Below are positions 60,688-64,000 of a stretch of 64,000 nt of DNA, piece by piece. Origin of the DNA: Sedimentisphaerales bacterium. Its GTDB lineage: Bacteria; Planctomycetota; Phycisphaerae; Sedimentisphaerales; Anaerobacaceae. The position numbers were made by a program, and so were the translations under genes. The DNA lies in NCBI GenBank assembly GCA_963708075.1, contig OY970194.1, positions 1,728,001 to 1,792,000 of the forward strand. Reading direction: 5' to 3'. The notes under the pieces were generated by a model that worked only from the letters and a program-made list of their open reading frames with translations, was not told the origin of the DNA and made no database searches. Position 1 is the first letter of the stretch. Each line of letters opens with the position of its first letter.

Positions 60688-60876
60688 ATGTTACCAATGA
60701 AAAAAATGAGCCGGAGTGCCGTCAAAATGCGACGGTCACACCATCGACTCAAACCGATCAACTACTCGGTCTGCCCGAAGTGCGATCAGGCAAAGTTGCC
60801 CCATGCGGCATGCGGCAACTGCGGGTATGTACATCCCGGGCTCACCCTGAAACTCGGCAAGGAGGAAACCACGTAG
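60688..60876 (+). CDS. rpmF: 50S ribosomal protein L32
   Basis: KMSRS...RRSH, CPKC..KLPHAACGNCGY; upstream of plsX. Confidence 0.95.
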   Translation: MLPMKKMSRSAVKMRRSHHRLKPINYSVCPKCDQAKLPHAACGNCGYVHPGLTLKLGKEETT

Positions 60877-60878
60877 GC

Positions 60879-61892
60879 ATGCGTATCGCTGTGGATGCCA
60901 TGGGAGGGGACCACGCACCCGACGAAATCATTGTAGGAGCGTTGGAGGCGTTGTCCCGGCTCGATCAGGATGACAGGATCATTCTGGTTGGGCCACAGGA
61001 GCTGTTGGAGAAGAAACTGGCCGATCTGAAATACGACCGGGACCGTGTCAGCATTGCTGATGCGCCGGACGTAATCGCCATGGACGAGAAGCCCATTGAC
61101 AGTCTGCGCCAAAAACCCCGAAGTTCGATTGGGATTCTGGCGAAACTGGCGAAACTGGATCAGGCAGATGCAGTCATCTCAGCGGGCAACACCGGGGCAT
61201 GCGTGGCGGCATTCCAAATGCGAATGCGTACCCTGCCTGGTGTAAATCGCCCCGGCATCGCCGTCGTTTTCCCGACCACGAACGGCCCCGTGACTATTTG
61301 CGATGTGGGAGCAAATATTGCCTGTAAGCCAATCAACCTGTATCAGTACGGGCTGATGGCAAGCATCTACTCGCGGCATTTCCTCAAGGTCCAGAACCCG
61401 CGGGTCGGGCTGATGAGCATTGGAGAGGAAGAGGCCAAGGGCAATGAGATCGTCAAGCGTTCGCGGGAGCTGATGCGCGGCGACTCGCGATTGAATTTCA
61501 TCGGGAACATCGAGGGAAGGGACATCTTCCGCGGAGTCTGCGACGTGGTGGTCTGTGAGGGGTTCGTCGGGAATGTCATCCTGAAGCTCACAGAGGGTGC
61601 GGTGGAGGGCTTGTTCCGAGCCATCAAGCAGGAGTTGAGCCCCTGGTTGGGGCTGATCTTCAAACGGACCATCATGCGGGTCTATCAGAAACACGACTAT
61701 CATGAATACGGGGGGGCTCCCCTGCTGGGCATCAACGGCACGGCCCTGATCTGCCATGGGGCCAGCCGGGCGCGCACAATCAGAAACGCCGTGGTCACCG
61801 CCAAGACCTGCCACACGCAAGGAATCAATGAAAAGATCATGGAGTGTCTCTCGGAAGCTTGCGTAAGGACTTCGGATGCACAAGGAATTTGA
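60879..61892 (+). CDS. plsX: Phosphate acyltransferase PlsX
   Basis: MRIAVDAMGGDHAP, SAGNTGA, DVGAN, GFVGNVILK, GGAPLLG. Confidence 0.96.
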   Translation: MRIAVDAMGGDHAPDEIIVGALEALSRLDQDDRIILVGPQELLEKKLADLKYDRDRVSIADAPDVIAMDEKPIDSLRQKPRSSIGILAKLAKLDQADAVISAGNTGACVAAFQMRMRTLPGVNRPGIAVVFPTTNGPVTICDVGANIACKPINLYQYGLMASIYSRHFLKVQNPRVGLMSIGEEEAKGNEIVKRSRELMRGDSRLNFIGNIEGRDIFRGVCDVVVCEGFVGNVILKLTEGAVEGLFRAIKQELSPWLGLIFKRTIMRVYQKHDYHEYGGAPLLGINGTALICHGASRARTIRNAVVTAKTCHTQGINEKIMECLSEACVRTSDAQGI

Positions 61893-62888
61893 GGATTGCC
61901 CCCTCGCGAACCGCGCCGTGATCACCGGGTGCGGTTCTTTTGTTCCATCGGCGATATTGTCCAATGAAGATCTTGCCCGCAGGGTGGATACTTCGGACGA
62001 ATGGATCACTACCCGGACAGGGATCAAGTCCAGGCACATCACGACGGATGGCGAAACGACCGCCTACCTGGCTACCGAGGCGGCCAGGCGGGCCCTGGCC
62101 TACGCAGGGCTTAGCGGCGAAGATCTCGATCTGATTACCGTGGCGACGATCACCCCGGAAATGGTCTTTCCCTCCACGGCATGCTTCGTTCAGCAGGCGC
62201 TCGGGGCGAAGAACGCGTGGGTCTTCGATCTGGCGGCCGCCTGCAGCGGGTTTGTCTATTCCCTGCACCTGGTCCAGCAGCTCATTGAGAACGGGCGGCT
62301 CAACAATGCCCTGGTGATTGGGGCCGAGACGCTCACGAAAATCACCAACTGGAAGGACCGGACCAGTTGCATCCTGTTCGGCGACGGGGCCGGTGCGATC
62401 GTCCTGCAGCGCAAGGACAATGCCGGCCGAGGTATCATCTACAGTACGCTGGGCGCGGACGGAACTTATTGGGAGTCGCTGAGCTGCCGGGCCCACGGCT
62501 CGCGCCACCCGGTCAGTCGGCCGCTGAACGACCCAGACATGGCCTTCATGCAGATTAAAGGCAGAGAAGTATACCAGCAGGCGGTGCGGCGGATCGTGGA
62601 GGCTGTCACTGACTGCATGGCGCACTGCGGCTTGACCATCGACGATGTCGCCATGGTCATCTCGCACCAGATGAATGCCCGGATCATCGAGTCAGCCGCC
62701 AAGAGGTTGGAACTGCCCCCGGAGAAGGTGTTCGTCAATATTCAGAACTACGGCAATACGTCCGCCGCTTCCGTGCCCATCGCGTTCGATGAATGCATGC
62801 GGCAAGGCAAGCTCAAGAAGGGCGATATCGTGATCTTCGTGGCGTTCGGCGCCGGTGTCACCTGGGCGCAAACATCATCGAGATTTAG
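61876..62888 (+). CDS. fabH: Beta-ketoacyl-ACP synthase III, apparent -1 frameshift near 62865
   Basis: DTSDEWITTRTGI, AACSGF, HQMN, YGNTSAAS; restoring one G gives GAGVTWGANIIEI*. Confidence 0.95.
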
Positions 62889-62960
62889 GCGCCGTCGCCG
62901 GACGACGGAGCGTCGCCCGCGGTGTGCGGGTGTGAACTGAAACAAATAAGGACACGAAAG

Positions 62961-63896
62961 ATGGCGACCGCCTTTCTGTTTCCGGGACAGGGCTCCCAGG
63001 CCGTGGGCATGGGAGCCGACATCGCGACGGCGTTGCCCGCGGCAGCGGAGTTGTTCGGGCGGGCGAACGAGATCGTCGGGTTCGACCTGCGAAAGGTCTG
63101 TCTTGAGGGCCCGGCAGACCGGCTCAACAGCACAACCATGTCGCAGCCGGCCATCTTCGTGACCTCCGCCGCCCTGCTGGAGGTCCTGCGAGCCAGTTCG
63201 GCCGGACAGAACCTCCGCCCCGATGTCACAGCGGGACTGAGCCTGGGCGAATACACCGCCCTGTATGCCGCCGGAGCCATCAGCTTCGAAGATGGGCTCA
63301 GGCTGGTCAAAAGGCGTGGCGAGGCCATGCAGGCCGCCGCCGATGCCTCCGAAGGGATGATGGTGAGCATTCTGGGCCTCGATGAGGACAAGGTGCGGCA
63401 ACTGTGCGATGAAGCCCGCGATGGGGAGTTGCTCGAGCCGGTCAATTTCAATTGTCCCGGACAAATCGTCATCAGCGGTGCGGTTGGCGCCTGCGAAAGA
63501 GCCGAACGTCTGGCGGAGAAGCATGGCGCGATCAAAGCGATCCGGCTGGAGGTTGCCGGGGCCTTTCATACGACCATGATGACGCCCGCGGCACAGGCCC
63601 TGCGGCAAGCCCTTGTGCAAACGCAGATCTCGCAGCCGCAGGCCGTCCGCACGGTCGCCAACATCACGGCCGACTACTATCACGGCCCGGACAGCGTCAT
63701 CGACGGCCTGACGCGACAGCTCACAGGGGCGATCCAGTGGCAGAAATGCATGGAGCGCTTGCTGGCCGATGGGGTCGAGCAGTTTTATGAGATTGGTCCG
63801 GGCAGGGTCCTGACCGGGCTGATGAAACGTATTAACAGGAAGACGAAAGTCACGAACATCAGCGACTTGAGCTCGCTCAAGGCCGTAACTGGATGA
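62961..63896 (+). CDS. fabD: Malonyl-CoA:ACP transacylase
   Basis: FLFPGQGSQ, GLSLGEY, AGAFH, EIGPGRVL. Confidence 0.96.
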   Translation: MATAFLFPGQGSQAVGMGADIATALPAAAELFGRANEIVGFDLRKVCLEGPADRLNSTTMSQPAIFVTSAALLEVLRASSAGQNLRPDVTAGLSLGEYTALYAAGAISFEDGLRLVKRRGEAMQAAADASEGMMVSILGLDEDKVRQLCDEARDGELLEPVNFNCPGQIVISGAVGACERAERLAEKHGAIKAIRLEVAGAFHTTMMTPAAQALRQALVQTQISQPQAVRTVANITADYYHGPDSVIDGLTRQLTGAIQWQKCMERLLADGVEQFYEIGPGRVLTGLMKRINRKTKVTNISDLSSLKAVTG

Positions 63897-63926
63897 TCGC
63901 GCGTAATGGATTCTGGAGGTGACAGG

Positions 63927-64000
63927 ATGGCGGAAAAACGACTTGCGGTGGTCACCGGCGCCGCACGGGGCATCGGCCGAGCCATTGTCTTCGAGCTGCT
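63927..64000 (+). CDS. fabG: 3-oxoacyl-ACP reductase (5' fragment)
   Basis: GGAGG RBS; MAEKRLAVVTGAARGIGRAI after fabD. Confidence 0.8.
   Translation, partial: MAEKRLAVVTGAARGIGRAIVFEL

Noticed and set aside
1..64000. tRNA, rRNA, prophage or IS transposase
   Set aside because: No cloverleaf, rRNA-like, structural phage or transposase sequence was recognised by eye.

Overview
GC-rich bacterial chromosomal window. Gene content (exosortase/EpsI locus, prepilin-type H-X9-DG-like protein, HNH-AP2, many secreted sugar enzymes, dense REP-like elements) suggests a planctomycete of the Phycisphaerae/Sedimentisphaerales type; this is inference. The backbone comprises an exosortase-Wza-like-TPR operon, an Rrf2-cupin-hcp-ferredoxin-permease cluster next to nrfHA, a 2-oxoacid:ferredoxin oxidoreductase, YyaL, comEC, alkaline phosphatase, OmpA/MotB, prepilin peptidase, argG, a GH78 rhamnosidase region and rpmF-plsX-fabH-fabD-fabG. 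Highlights: (1) a graspetide (ATP-grasp RiPP) cluster with a four-core TxTxxxEExDQD precursor and a coupled membrane protein with a collagen tail; (2) an ECF sigma operon encoding an archaeal-type ThrRS editing domain fused to an unknown domain, plus an SSS transporter; (3) three islets that share the plan antitoxin with eroded toxin, then a boundary motif, then AT-richer cargo; (4) a shared palindromic operator upstream of the Rrf2/hcp operon and a distant DUF438-hemerythrin gene; (5) an in-frame heptamer-repeat hairpin inside nrfH. At least six genes carry 1-2 nt frameshifts, probably sequencing or assembly errors. All family calls are by eye from motifs; no database searches were run.
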